64,000 nucleotides of DNA, taken from NCBI GenBank assembly GCA_963788235.1, contig CAWBFV010000007.1, positions 1,682 to 65,681 of the forward strand. Direction: 5' to 3'. Positions 45,634 through 56,799 of the stretch are shown here, one piece after another. The notes under the pieces were generated by a model. It was not told the DNA's origin. It did not search any database and saw only the letters and a list, made by a program, of their open reading frames with translations. A program made the position numbers and the translations under genes. This DNA comes from an uncultured Chloroflexia bacterium (GTDB lineage Bacteria > Chloroflexota > Limnocylindria > Limnocylindrales > CSP1-4). The stretch's first letter is position 1; the number at the start of each line of letters is the position of its first letter.

Positions 45634-46704
45634 CTATCGCTTCGCCAGCGGCAGCGACGGCCGGGCGTCGAGGTCGAGCCGGGCCCGCTCCCCCGCGGCG
45701 AAGCGTCGCGCACCGGCCGCGCCGATCATCGCGCCGTTGTCGGTGCACAGGCCCGGTCGCGGGACGATGAGCGGCACGCCAAGCGCGGCGGCCTCCTCGG
45801 CCAGCCGTTCGCGGAGGCAGCGGTTCGCGGCCACGCCACCGCCGAGCACGATCGATCGGGCCCCCGCGGCGCGGGCCGCCCGTGCGGTCTTCGTGGCCAA
45901 CACGTCGACTACGGCGTCCTGGAACCCCCAGGCGAGCTCCGCGGTGACGTCGTCGGGTAGCGGCGCGTCCGGGTCATCGGCGAGGCCCGCCCCCGCCCGG
46001 GCGTCCGTCACGATCCGGCGGGCAGCGGTCTTGAGCCCCGAGAACGACAGGTCGTACGAGTCGCCCATCCACGCCCGCGGGAACGCCGTGTCGCGTCGAT
46101 TCGCCCCGTCGGCGGCCGCCTGGATCGCCGGTCCGCCCGGGTACCCGAGCCCGAGCAACCGACCGACCTTGTCGAAGGCCTCACCGGCCGCGTCGTCGAC
46201 GGTCGTGCCGAGGAGCCGGTACGTGAGGTGGTCGGTCATCTCCGCGATGAACGTGTGGCCACCCGACACGACCAGGGCGACCAGCGGGAAGATCGGCTCC
46301 ACCTTGGCTGCCTCGTCCTCCCCCGGATCGAGCAGCCAGCCGGCATATACATGGCCCTCGAGGTGGTTGACCGCGACGAGCGGCTTGTCGTGGACCCACG
46401 CGAGCGCCTTGGCGAAGTTGATCCCGACCAGCAGCGATCCGGCGAGCCCGGGGCCGTACGTGACCGCGATCGCGTCGACGTCGGACCACTCGACGCCGGC
46501 GCCGTTCCACGCCTCGTCGAGCGTCGGCACGATCCAGCGCAGGTGGGCGCGGGCCGCGAGCTCCGGCACGATGCCACCCGACGGCGCGTGGAGCGCCACC
46601 TGGGACGCCACGACGTTGCTCAGGATCCGCCGGCCGCCCTCGACCAGGGCGATCCCGGTCTCGTCACACGACGACTCGATCGAGAGCAGCAGCGAGTCAC
46701 TCAC
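45634..46704 (-). CDS. tsaD: tRNA N6-adenosine threonylcarbamoyltransferase
   Basis: LLLSIESSCDETGIALV, HLEGH and GGGVAAN. GTGA overlap with rimI. Confidence 0.96.
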   Translation of the reverse strand: MSDSLLLSIESSCDETGIALVEGGRRILSNVVASQVALHAPSGGIVPELAARAHLRWIVPTLDEAWNGAGVEWSDVDAIAVTYGPGLAGSLLVGINFAKALAWVHDKPLVAVNHLEGHVYAGWLLDPGEDEAAKVEPIFPLVALVVSGGHTFIAEMTDHLTYRLLGTTVDDAAGEAFDKVGRLLGLGYPGGPAIQAAADGANRRDTAFPRAWMGDSYDLSFSGLKTAARRIVTDARAGAGLADDPDAPLPDDVTAELAWGFQDAVVDVLATKTARAARAAGARSIVLGGGVAANRCLRERLAEEAAALGVPLIVPRPGLCTDNGAMIGAAGARRFAAGERARLDLDARPSLPLAKR

Positions 46705-47258
46705 GCGCCGTCGTCCTCGTCCGGCCCGGTCGGCGCCGGTGCGACATCGAGCTCCGCGCGTAATCGTTCGATCCGCTCGCGCATCGCCCGCTCTGAGAGC
46801 GGTGTCGTCGTCATGATCAGCGCGTCCTCGTGGTCGTCGCTGTAGTAGCGCGGCCGGAGCCCGACGGGCCGGAAGCCGTACTTCTCGTACAGCTTTCGTG
46901 CGGCGAGGTTCGACAGGCGGACTTCGAGCGTTGCCTCGTGGGCGCCTCGGTCGATCGCCACGTCGAGGAACGCGAGCAGCAGCCGCTCCCCGATCCGTTG
47001 CCGGCGCCAGGCCGGATGGACGGCGAACGTCGTGATGTGCGCCTCGTCGACCATCAGCCACATCCCGCCGTAGGCGGCGACGGTCCCACCGGCCCGGGCG
47101 ACCAGGTAGTGCGCGAGCTTGTTCGACTCGAGCTCGCTCCGGTAGGCGTGTGGCGGCCACGGTGCGGTGAAGCTCGCGAGCTCGATCGCGTGGACGGCCG
47201 GCAGGTCCTCGAGCCGCATCGGCTCGACGAGGACCCTCAGCGGTGGTCGCGCGACCAT
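46701..47258 (-). CDS. rimI: Ribosomal-protein-alanine N-acetyltransferase (GNAT)
   Basis: GNAT core VHPAWRRQRIGERLL...ARKLYEKYGF. An alternative start exists at 47219. Confidence 0.85.
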   Translation of the reverse strand: MVARPPLRVLVEPMRLEDLPAVHAIELASFTAPWPPHAYRSELESNKLAHYLVARAGGTVAAYGGMWLMVDEAHITTFAVHPAWRRQRIGERLLLAFLDVAIDRGAHEATLEVRLSNLAARKLYEKYGFRPVGLRPRYYSDDHEDALIMTTTPLSERAMRERIERLRAELDVAPAPTGPDEDDGA

Positions 47259-47917
47259 GCGACGGCATCCCCCACGGCGCGGACGCCCCGGGGAAGCGTG
47301 ACGTACTCGGGGACCAGCGTCTCGAGCTCGCTCGTACCCGCGGTGGCCGCGAGCCGTGCTGCCCCGAGACGGATCAGCGCCTGGCCGAGACCCGCGCGCG
47401 CCGCCTCTCCCCGTTCGAGCGCCTCGGCCGGCGCGCGATCCTCGAGGTCGATCGCGATCAGCGTCTCGTCGGGCGCAAGGGTCGGCTCGACGCCGGCGGG
47501 CAGTGGCTCGGCCGGCGAGCCGGCACGGACCACCAGTCGATCGTTTGGTCCGGCCGGCATGAGCAACACGCCGCGCTCGACGCCGGCTGCTGCAAGCAGC
47601 GCCTCGCCGGTGGACACGCCGGCGAGCGGGATCCTGAGCCCGTGGGCCATGCCCTTGGCGGTCGCCATCCCGACGCGCAACCCCGTGAAGGCACCGGGTC
47701 CGGTGCCGACGACGATGCCCGCCAGCCGCGACCGCCGGATGTTCTGCTCGCCGAGGAACCGCCCGATGGTCGGCAGCAGCGTCTCCCCGTGGCGATGCCC
47801 GGCCGTCCAGGTCGAGACGCCGTCCGCCTCACCGTCCGGGGAGCCCGTGGCGATCACCACGCGGCTCGTCGCGGTATCGATGGCGAGGATCGCCCGCCGT
47901 CGGCCATCGTGGGTCAC
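47237..47917 (-). CDS. tsaB: tRNA threonylcarbamoyladenosine biosynthesis protein TsaB
   Basis: ILAIDTATS and GTGPGAFTGLRVG. GTGA overlap with tsaE. Confidence 0.9.
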   Translation of the reverse strand: MTHDGRRRAILAIDTATSRVVIATGSPDGEADGVSTWTAGHRHGETLLPTIGRFLGEQNIRRSRLAGIVVGTGPGAFTGLRVGMATAKGMAHGLRIPLAGVSTGEALLAAAGVERGVLLMPAGPNDRLVVRAGSPAEPLPAGVEPTLAPDETLIAIDLEDRAPAEALERGEAARAGLGQALIRLGAARLAATAGTSELETLVPEYVTLPRGVRAVGDAVAWSRDHR

Positions 47918-48409
47918 GGGAGCGCGTCCAGGTAGCGCCGGTAGCGGTCCCCGTGCGCCTCGAGCGTGATCGTGCGCGGCTCGTCCCCGAGACCGTCGAT
48001 CCGGACGTCCAGTCGCTCGGCCGGCAGGGCATCACCGAGGCGCTCCGGCCATTCGACCAGCGTGACGCCGCCCGCCTGGCGCTCATCGAGCAGACCACCC
48101 TGCAGGGCGTCCTCGGCCCGGGTCAGCCGGTACGGGTCGACGTGGAAGAGCGGCAGCGCGGCCCTCGTACTCGGCCATCAGGATGAAGCTCGGCGAGGTG
48201 ATGGTCTCGGTCACGCCCAGGCCGACGCCGAAGGCCTTCGCGAGATGCGTCTTGCCGGCCCCCAGGTCGCCCCACAGGCACACCAGGTCACCGGCCTTGG
48301 CCTCGGCGCCCAACGCTCGGCCGAGCGCACTCGTCGCCTCGGGGTCGCGGCACACGACGACACGCGTCGGCACGGCCGACGGCGCCGACGCGGCGGTCGT
48401 GCCGGTCAC
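47914..48409 (-). CDS. tsaE: tRNA t6A biosynthesis ATPase TsaE; apparent 1-nt frameshift near 48155-48162
   Basis: Walker A GDLGAGKT and SPSFILMAEYEGR. The expected continuation LPLFHVDPYRLTRAEDALQGGLLDE...VTLVEWPERL... reads in another frame and runs to TGA at 47914. Confidence 0.88.
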
Positions 48410-49404
48410 GCGAACCGCTCCAGGTCGCCGAGCGGCACCGCCACGACCGAGCCGTCGTCGAAGCGGACCGTGCCGGCCTCCAGATGCACGCCACCGTCGA
48501 ACCGCCGCGGGCCGACCAGCCCGGCCCAGGCGCCTTCGCGACCGGACAGCTGCCCGGCCCGGATCCGGACGTGATCGGGCCGGGGCGGCGGGACGTCGAG
48601 CTCGGGGAGGTCGAAGATCAGCGTCGGCGGGTCACCGACGACCGCGACCTCCTGGCCCTCCAAGGCCTCAAGGATCGCCAGCACCGGCCCGGCGAGCGGC
48701 CGCCGGACGGCACCTTCCAGGACGAGCACAGCGAATGGCTGCAGCCGATGGAGTGCCGCTCGCTGCCGCCGCTCCGATGCCGCAAAGTCGCGCCGCTCCT
48801 TGCTCGCGAGCCCGGCCACGATGATCCCGCGCACGCCCATCGCCCGGGCTCGCGTGAGCGTCTCGGCATCGATCCGTGAGCCGACCACGAGGATGTTGCC
48901 GGCAAGCCCGACATCGACCGAGCTGCTGCGCAGCTCGCCCTCGATCCACGATGCGATGTGCAGCCGGCCGCGCGTCGGGCCGCCGAGCGTCACGATGCCG
49001 CGGATGGCTCGTCCGGTCGCCCGGAGCACGATCGAGCTCCCGGGCCGCACCTCGCGGACGATCCCCGACACCGGGCTGTCCATCGGCTCGTGGAACTCGC
49101 CGCCGGCGACGCGCCAGCGCCCGCGCCAGTCGAACAGCAGCTCCCCGTCGACGATCCGCGAGCCGGGCTTCGGAGCCGACGAATCGGGAACCACGACGTC
49201 GGTGAGGCGCGCGTCGCGAACGTGCTCGATGATCGGCGTGCCGGCGACCACCGACTCCCCTGCGGCGACCAGCGCCCGGTCGCCCGGCGCGAGCGGGAAC
49301 GTCACGTCGATCGGGCCGTCGAGGAGGCGCCGGACGCGGACGAGCCCGAGGTCCGCCGGCGAACCGGCGAGCGGCGGCGTCACCTCGCCCTCCACGGCCG
49401 TCAT
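48406..49404 (-). CDS. Uncharacterised 332-aa protein (barrel-sandwich-like N-terminus, Rossmann-like centre)
   Basis: ATGA overlap with the upstream gene and GTGA overlap with tsaE. Segments include VAAGESVVAGTPIIE, SPVSGIVREV and NILVVGSRIDAETLTRARAMGVRGIIVAG. No family recalled. Confidence 0.6.
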   Translation of the reverse strand: MTAVEGEVTPPLAGSPADLGLVRVRRLLDGPIDVTFPLAPGDRALVAAGESVVAGTPIIEHVRDARLTDVVVPDSSAPKPGSRIVDGELLFDWRGRWRVAGGEFHEPMDSPVSGIVREVRPGSSIVLRATGRAIRGIVTLGGPTRGRLHIASWIEGELRSSSVDVGLAGNILVVGSRIDAETLTRARAMGVRGIIVAGLASKERRDFAASERRQRAALHRLQPFAVLVLEGAVRRPLAGPVLAILEALEGQEVAVVGDPPTLIFDLPELDVPPPRPDHVRIRAGQLSGREGAWAGLVGPRRFDGGVHLEAGTVRFDDGSVVAVPLGDLERFA

Positions 49405-51020
49405 GCGTCGGCCCCGGCCCACAGCGACGCCTGCCACGCCGCCAGCAGGTCCCGCCGGCGATCGGCCCGATCGGGGAGCCGCAGCGGGACGTCGCGCAGG
49501 TCGACGAGCAACCCGCCGAGCCCGCCCGCGACGTCGACGGCGAAGTGGCGTCCGCGTGTGCCCAGCCGGACACGATCACGGAACCGGAACTCGGCAACGG
49601 CGGTGGCGCCGGGTGGCAGGTCGACCAGCTCGAGCCCGCCGGGCGACAGGTCGATGTCGCTCGGTCCGTCGGTCATGTGCACCCTGACGCTGCCGGCCGA
49701 GCGCCCGCCGCGGAGTCCCGCGGGCGTGATGACCGTGCCGAGCGGCGCCAGCAGGTCGTCGATGAGGTCGGAGATCAGCAGCCGTCGCTCGCCGGGATCG
49801 GGGATCGCCCCCAGCGCGCCGAGCAACCGGGCGTGGTCGAAGGCGTACTGGCTCGCGCCGGGCCGGCGGATCACGTCGACGTGCGCCAGCGCCACGGCCG
49901 GCGGCGGCACGGCACCCCAGAGGCCCCCGCCGACGATGATGAGGTCGGGCACCGGCGCGGCATCGAACCCCGGGGTCGCCGCGGCAAGACGAACGAGCGC
50001 CGCACGCGCGGCGGCCATCCGCAGTGCGGCCCCATCGCCTGCCCCGTCCGACCAGGGCGCGATCCGCAGCTCGCGCATCCGATCGCGGAGCCGGTGCCGA
50101 TCGGCCGGCACCGTCGACCAGACCAGCACGCCGTCGACGACCGCATCGTCGGGGTCGTCCGGTGCCACCGCGGCCTCGGGTACGACCGCGAGCCGGACCG
50201 TGGCGGCCTGGCCGCCGGCGGCAGGCGCCGCCACGGCTCGGATGCCGGCATCGTGTCCGAGCACGATCGCCTCGATCCGTCGGTCGAGCACCTCGGCGAC
50301 CGCCAGCGCCGCGGCGCCGAGCGCCCGCCGCGGGTCGTCGGCGGGGAGCGCGAGCTCGAGCAGGAGCTCGCCGAGCGGGTCGGCACCGGCGATGCCCGCC
50401 GCGGCTGCGGGTTGGGCGGCGGGTGCGAACAGCAGATCGCCCGGTCGCCCCTCGAGCTCCCCGAAGGCCTCGAGCCCTTCGGACATCGAACCGGACAGCA
50501 CGATGGGGATCTCGGGACGCCGCTGCGCGACCGCCGCGACGAGGGCCGCGAGCTCGCGGATCGCGCTGCGCTCGTCGGCGCGCGGGGGGTCCGCCGCGCC
50601 GACCAGGATCGCCTCGACGCCGTGCTCGAGCAGCAGCCGCGACATCGCGAGCGGGTCGGTGGTCTCCGCGCTCGCTGGGGAGGGGCGCCAACCGCTCCTG
50701 GCCGCGGTCGACACGAGCCCCGCCAGCGTCCGTTCCGCGCCAGCGACGACGGCGAGGCGGCGCGGCCGGCGACTGCGGACCTCGAGGCGCGGCAGCGCAT
50801 CCGCGTCGGTCTCGATGATCCCGATCGACGCGGCCAAGGCAGGGTCGGCGACGCGGGCACGATCGACCAGGATCCCGATCGCCGGTCCGAGCTCGGCCCC
50901 GGCAGGAACGGCCAGGTTGCCGATCAGGCGCCAGGCGCCGCCGGCACGACCGATCAGCGCCGCGGAAACGGTCGCGGAGCCGTGATCGACGATGAGGAAC
51001 GCGTGCGGCTGCGGTGTCAC
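49401..51020 (-). CDS. Divergent GlmL/MutL-like ASKHA-fold protein with a C-terminal extension (tentative)
   Basis: GTG start. The ordered motifs IVDHGSATVSA, AILVGAADPP, PIVLSGS, IVLGHDAGIRAV and LIIVGGGLWG parallel my memory of glutamate mutase L, but the phosphate-2 motif is degenerate. Confidence 0.55.
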   Translation of the reverse strand: MTPQPHAFLIVDHGSATVSAALIGRAGGAWRLIGNLAVPAGAELGPAIGILVDRARVADPALAASIGIIETDADALPRLEVRSRRPRRLAVVAGAERTLAGLVSTAARSGWRPSPASAETTDPLAMSRLLLEHGVEAILVGAADPPRADERSAIRELAALVAAVAQRRPEIPIVLSGSMSEGLEAFGELEGRPGDLLFAPAAQPAAAAGIAGADPLGELLLELALPADDPRRALGAAALAVAEVLDRRIEAIVLGHDAGIRAVAAPAAGGQAATVRLAVVPEAAVAPDDPDDAVVDGVLVWSTVPADRHRLRDRMRELRIAPWSDGAGDGAALRMAAARAALVRLAAATPGFDAAPVPDLIIVGGGLWGAVPPPAVALAHVDVIRRPGASQYAFDHARLLGALGAIPDPGERRLLISDLIDDLLAPLGTVITPAGLRGGRSAGSVRVHMTDGPSDIDLSPGGLELVDLPPGATAVAEFRFRDRVRLGTRGRHFAVDVAGGLGGLLVDLRDVPLRLPDRADRRRDLLAAWQASLWAGADA

Positions 51021-51111
51021 CGCTTGATGCTACCCGGAGTGGTCGTCGCTCGACCGCTGGCGCTCCTCGCCGGCGTCGCGCTCAGGCCGATGGGATCGCC
51101 GCGTCGCCGCC

Positions 51112-51402
51112 TCAGCCGTCCCAGACCAGCTCGTCGTCGAGCTCCTCGAGGCGCGCGATGAGCAGCTCGATGCCGGTCTCGTCGGCGAGGATCTCGCTGG
51201 CCGACGCGAGGTCGCCACCGAATACCCCGCGCAGCACCGGGTCGAAGAACAGCATCGCGTTGGCGCCCAGCGCCCGATACGGCCGGCTGGCCTCGAGGAA
51301 GTGGACCGCCGACGAGGTCAGGCCGCGCAGCTGGATCTCGCGGGCGACCTGCTCGACGAGCTCGTTGCGCAGCTCGTCCATCGACGCATTGGGAAACGTC
51401 AT
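51112..51402 (-). CDS. Hypothetical 96-aa protein
   Basis: The ATG overlaps the macro-domain stop (TGATG). Coding-like, with an acidic C-terminus. No family recalled. Confidence 0.5.
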   Translation of the reverse strand: MTFPNASMDELRNELVEQVAREIQLRGLTSSAVHFLEASRPYRALGANAMLFFDPVLRGVFGGDLASASEILADETGIELLIARLEELDDELVWDG

Positions 51403-51929
51403 CAGGCGACCGTGCCGTGCACCGCCGCGCTCGCGTCGATCGCGGCGTGGAAGGCCTGGTAGGCGGCCGCGCCACGGAGCGCGAACGTCACGTGCTCGAT
51501 GCCGGGCGAGCGGCTGAGCTCGTCGCGGACGGTATCGACGGTGATCTGCGCAGCCTCGTCGAGCGGGAACCCACCGACGCCCGTGCCGAGCGCTGGGAAG
51601 GCCAGGCTCCGTGCGTCGATCTCGCGGGCCCGCGCCATCGCGCTTCGTACGGCGGCCTCGATGACGGGTCCGCTGGAGCGTCGATCGCGATCGAGCGACA
51701 CGGCGTGGATGACCGCGCCGGCGGCGAGTGTGCCACCGGGCGTCACGATCGCCTCGCCGAGCGGCACCGGCGCCTGGCGCACGGCGGCGAACTCGATCTC
51801 GTCCCCGCCGGCGCGCTTGATGGCACCGGCGACGCCCGTCGACATCCACAGCGAGAGGTTCGCGGGGTTGACGATGGCGTCGACTTCGAGGTCGCAGATA
51901 TCGCCATTCCAGAGGTCGATACGGGCCAA
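51402..51929 (-). CDS. Macro domain protein (ADP-ribose / O-acetyl-ADP-ribose binding or hydrolase)
   Basis: GDICDLEVDAIVNPAN, GVAGAIKRAGG and FPALGTGVGGFP. The TTG start directly follows the alr stop. Confidence 0.85.
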   Translation of the reverse strand: MARIDLWNGDICDLEVDAIVNPANLSLWMSTGVAGAIKRAGGDEIEFAAVRQAPVPLGEAIVTPGGTLAAGAVIHAVSLDRDRRSSGPVIEAAVRSAMARAREIDARSLAFPALGTGVGGFPLDEAAQITVDTVRDELSRSPGIEHVTFALRGAAAYQAFHAAIDASAAVHGTVA

Positions 51930-53178
51930 CTACCCTCTCCGCTCGGTGAGCGTCGTCAGGCTGACCGCTCCGGCTGCGGCATGGTACACCCGGGGCAGTC
52001 GCGCAGACATCTGGGCTACGACCTCCCAGGTGTTCGTGGTGCGCAGCCGCGCCAGGTCCTGGGCCGTGATCCGTTCCTGCCCCTGTGACCCGAGCAGGAC
52101 GAACTCGTCGTCGAGTCCGACCGGGGCCCCCGGGACGTCGGTCACGTCGGCCATGACGGCATCCATCGTGATGTTCCCGACGAGCGGGACCCGCCCGCCC
52201 CGGACCAGCGCCTCGGCACGATTCGCGTTGGCCCGGGCGAAGCCATCGCCATACCCGAGCGGGAGGGTCGCGATCCGGCTCGGCCGACCGGTCGTGAACG
52301 TCGGGCCGTAGCTCACCCCGTGCCCTGCGGGGAGGTCGACGACGCGGGCCGGGCGGGCATGGATCGACATCACCGGGCGCAGTCTCGCGCGGGCGGCACT
52401 CGCCGCCTCGCCGCCACGATCGCCCAGCTCGTCGGGGACGATGCCGTAGATCGACAGGCCCGGGCGGATGCCGTCGAACCCTGGGACGCCCATCAGGACA
52501 CCGCCGCTGGCCGCGACATGCCGCGGCGGCACCGGCAGACCGGCCGAGCGCAGCGAGGTCACTGCCGCTTCGAACCGCTCGAGCTGCCGGCCGGTGATCG
52601 ACGCGTCCTCGCTCGCCTGCAGGTGCGTCCACATCCCCACGAGTCGGGCCGCGGAGTGATGCCGCGATGCGCGCAGCCGCGGAGGCGACGTCCTCCGGCG
52701 GGACGCCCCCGCGGCCGAGCCCGGTCTCGATCTCGAGCTCGATCCCGAGCGGCTCGCCGTCGGTGACCTCACGGTCGGCGGTGTCGAGCATCGCGCCGAG
52801 TGTCCCGAGGTCGCCACCGGCGAGCCAGATCCGCTCGCGCGCCGCAGCGGCGGCGAACGCGGCCGGCACGGGGTACATGACCCGGATCGGCGCATCGATA
52901 CCGGCTTCGCGCAGCGCAAGCGCCTCGTCCATCGTGGCGACGCTGAGGCCGTCGGCGCCGGCCGCGACCAGTGCCCGTGCGACCGGGACGGCGCCATGAC
53001 CATATGCGTCGGCCTTCACCACGGGCGAAGCCATGACGCCACCCGCGAGCTCGCGGATCGTGCGGAGGTTCGACGCGAGCGCCTCGAGGTCGAGCTCCAG
53101 CCACGCCAGGCGTGGCAGCGGCGGCAATCCGGCCGCGGCGAGGCGCTCTTCGATCGACCGCGACGTGACCGCCGTCAC
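51930..53178 (-). CDS. alr: Alanine racemase; apparent frameshift at or near the GGG at 52646-52648
   Basis: The PLP-lysine motif VVKADAYGHG is in the N-terminal frame. The C-terminal part (LVGMWTHLQ..., PGLSIYG, YGDGF, VPLVGNITMD) is in the frame of ORF 51930..53003. Confidence 0.93.
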
Positions 53179-54158
53179 GCGGGTGCCGGGTCGGGGGTCT
53201 CCGGTGCCGCGGCGGACGGATCGGCCGGTTCGCGGACCCGGAAGCCAAGACGCTTGCTGCTGCTTCGGCGCTCGGCGAGCGTCGCGAGCCGGCGGCGCGC
53301 GATGGCCATCGCCTCCGGGAGGTCCGAGGCGAGGAGGCCCGCGTCGCCGTATCGCTCGCGCATCGCCTCGCCGGCCGTCCCGTGGAGATACACCCCGAGC
53401 TGCGCGGCGGCGAACGGTGCCAGGCCCTGGGCCAGCAGCGCCCCGATGGCGCCGGCGAGGACATCGCCTGTGCCACCGGTGGCGAGCGCCGGGTTCTCGA
53501 ATGAGGCGACGACGACCTCGCCGTCGGGCGAGGCGATCACCGTGCGGGCACCCTTGAGCACCACGACCTGGTGCCAGGTCGTCGCCGCGCTCTTGACCGC
53601 AGCCACACGGGCGTCGTCGTCATCGACCAGGTCGCCGTCCGCGGCTGGATCGACGCCGCTGCCGGCGCGCAACCGGGCGAACTCGCCGGTGTGCGGCGTC
53701 AGGACCGCCGCGCGTCGGTCGCCCTCCCACCAGCCATCCATCGACGCCAGCGAGCGCAACGCCTCGGCATCGAGCACCAGCGGCGGTCGCGTCTCGTCGG
53801 GCGGCGCGATCATCAGCTGCCGCACCAGCTCGGCCGTGGCGAGACCCGGTCGAAGACCCGGCCCGACGACCAGCGCGTCGTGCTCGTGGTCGAGGATGCG
53901 CGCGAGTGCCGGCTCCGGGTCGAGCTCCTCCACGTCGTCCTCCGGCAATGCCATCGTCGTGGCCTCGACGACCTTGGCGGCGAACAGCGGCTGGAGCGTC
54001 TCGGGCACGGCCAGCGTCACGAGCCCGACGCCGGCCCGGGCCGCCGACCGACAGACGAGCAGCGCCGCGCCCGCATAGTCGAGCGAGCCGGCGACCGCGA
54101 GCAGCTTCCCGAACGACCCCTTGTGGCCGCGTGCCGGGCGCTCGGGGAGCAGCGCCAT
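53175..54158 (-). CDS. nnrD: ADP-dependent NAD(P)H-hydrate dehydratase (YjeF C-terminal type; no epimerase domain seen)
   Basis: ARGHKGSFGKLLAVAGS, VVGPGL and ATGGTGDVLAGAIGALLAQG. ATG 54158 was chosen because the upstream in-frame stretch looks non-coding. Confidence 0.85.
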   Translation of the reverse strand: MALLPERPARGHKGSFGKLLAVAGSLDYAGAALLVCRSAARAGVGLVTLAVPETLQPLFAAKVVEATTMALPEDDVEELDPEPALARILDHEHDALVVGPGLRPGLATAELVRQLMIAPPDETRPPLVLDAEALRSLASMDGWWEGDRRAAVLTPHTGEFARLRAGSGVDPAADGDLVDDDDARVAAVKSAATTWHQVVVLKGARTVIASPDGEVVVASFENPALATGGTGDVLAGAIGALLAQGLAPFAAAQLGVYLHGTAGEAMRERYGDAGLLASDLPEAMAIARRRLATLAERRSSSKRLGFRVREPADPSAAAPETPDPAPA

Positions 54159-54273
54159 GGCAGCGTCCTCGTCGAGGCGGACCGCCCCGGCCGGCCAGGG
54201 CCGCTCGTCGCTCGAGCTGTCAAGCGTCGGCGTTCCGTTCTCCGTGCGACGGCCGAACCCGAGCGCGCGTCGT

Positions 54274-54878
54274 TCAGGCACCGCGTGGCCTTCCGGCCGC
54301 TCCCGGCGCGTCGGACGCGAGCGTCTCGGCGCCGTTGCCCTCGGCCTGCATGCGCAGCCGCTCGATGCGGGCGAGGATGCGTCGCTCGCGATCGTCGAGC
54401 CGATCCTCGATATCGGGCGGGAAGAGGTATCGACCGCCGGCCGTCCTGACGCCGAAGGCCATGGCGACCGCGTAGTCGGATTCGTGCGTGATCGACACCG
54501 CGATCCGGTCCATGCCGAGCTGCTCGGCACGCGCTGCGGCGCGCCCGTGCAGGCGCACGGCCGGCTGGCCGGTCGGCAGACGCTCGATCTCGATGTCGCG
54601 CCAGCCGATGCCGCGGACCCCGAGCCCGAGGACCTTCGACACGGCCTCCTTCGCGGCCCATCGTCCGGCCATGGTCTCGGGGCGACCCCGAACGTAGCGT
54701 TGCTCGGACGGCGTCAGGACCCGGTTGGTGAAGCGGTCACCGAAGCGATCGAGCGACGCGCGGATCCGCTCGACCCGGATGATGTCGATGCCGAGCTCAG
54801 TGGTGCCCTCGGGCGAAATCCTCGGATCGATGGCTCGCGGGGCCTCGCCTCGAACCTCGGAGGGCCCTGTAGCAGCAT
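54274..54878 (-). CDS. acpS: Holo-[acyl-carrier-protein] synthase with a ~55-aa C-terminal extension; start unresolved
   Basis: GIDIIRVERI, WAAKEAVSKVLG and SITHESDYAVA. There is no in-frame ATG/GTG/TTG just upstream of the domain. The nearest ATG (54878) is out of frame across a GGGCCC run. Confidence 0.75.
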
Positions 54879-54895
54879 CCCGGGGAGCCACTGTC

Positions 54896-56725
<1,830 letters not shown>

Positions 56726-56799
56726 CCTGTGAGGTCCTCCCTTCGCGACCGCGGCAGCAGCCAGGCGGTCGTGGTGACTCCTTCAGGTGGGCACCGAAA

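Noticed and set aside
48958-50985. 675-aa plus-strand ORF, plus several other long ORFs in 48.6-51.2 kb
   Set aside because: It is antisense or out of frame relative to the minus-strand genes, which are supported by start/stop coupling. It is extremely Arg/Ser/Pro/Ala-rich.
51402-51929. Macro domain as a DarG-type antitoxin of a DarTG toxin-antitoxin or defence pair
   Set aside because: The neighbouring 96-aa protein is far too small for a DarT-like ADP-ribosyltransferase and shows none of its features. The gene is embedded in a housekeeping operon.
56726-56799. Possible glmS ribozyme upstream of glmS
   Set aside because: The spacer is only 74 nt, too short for the ~170-nt ribozyme, and I see no conserved core.
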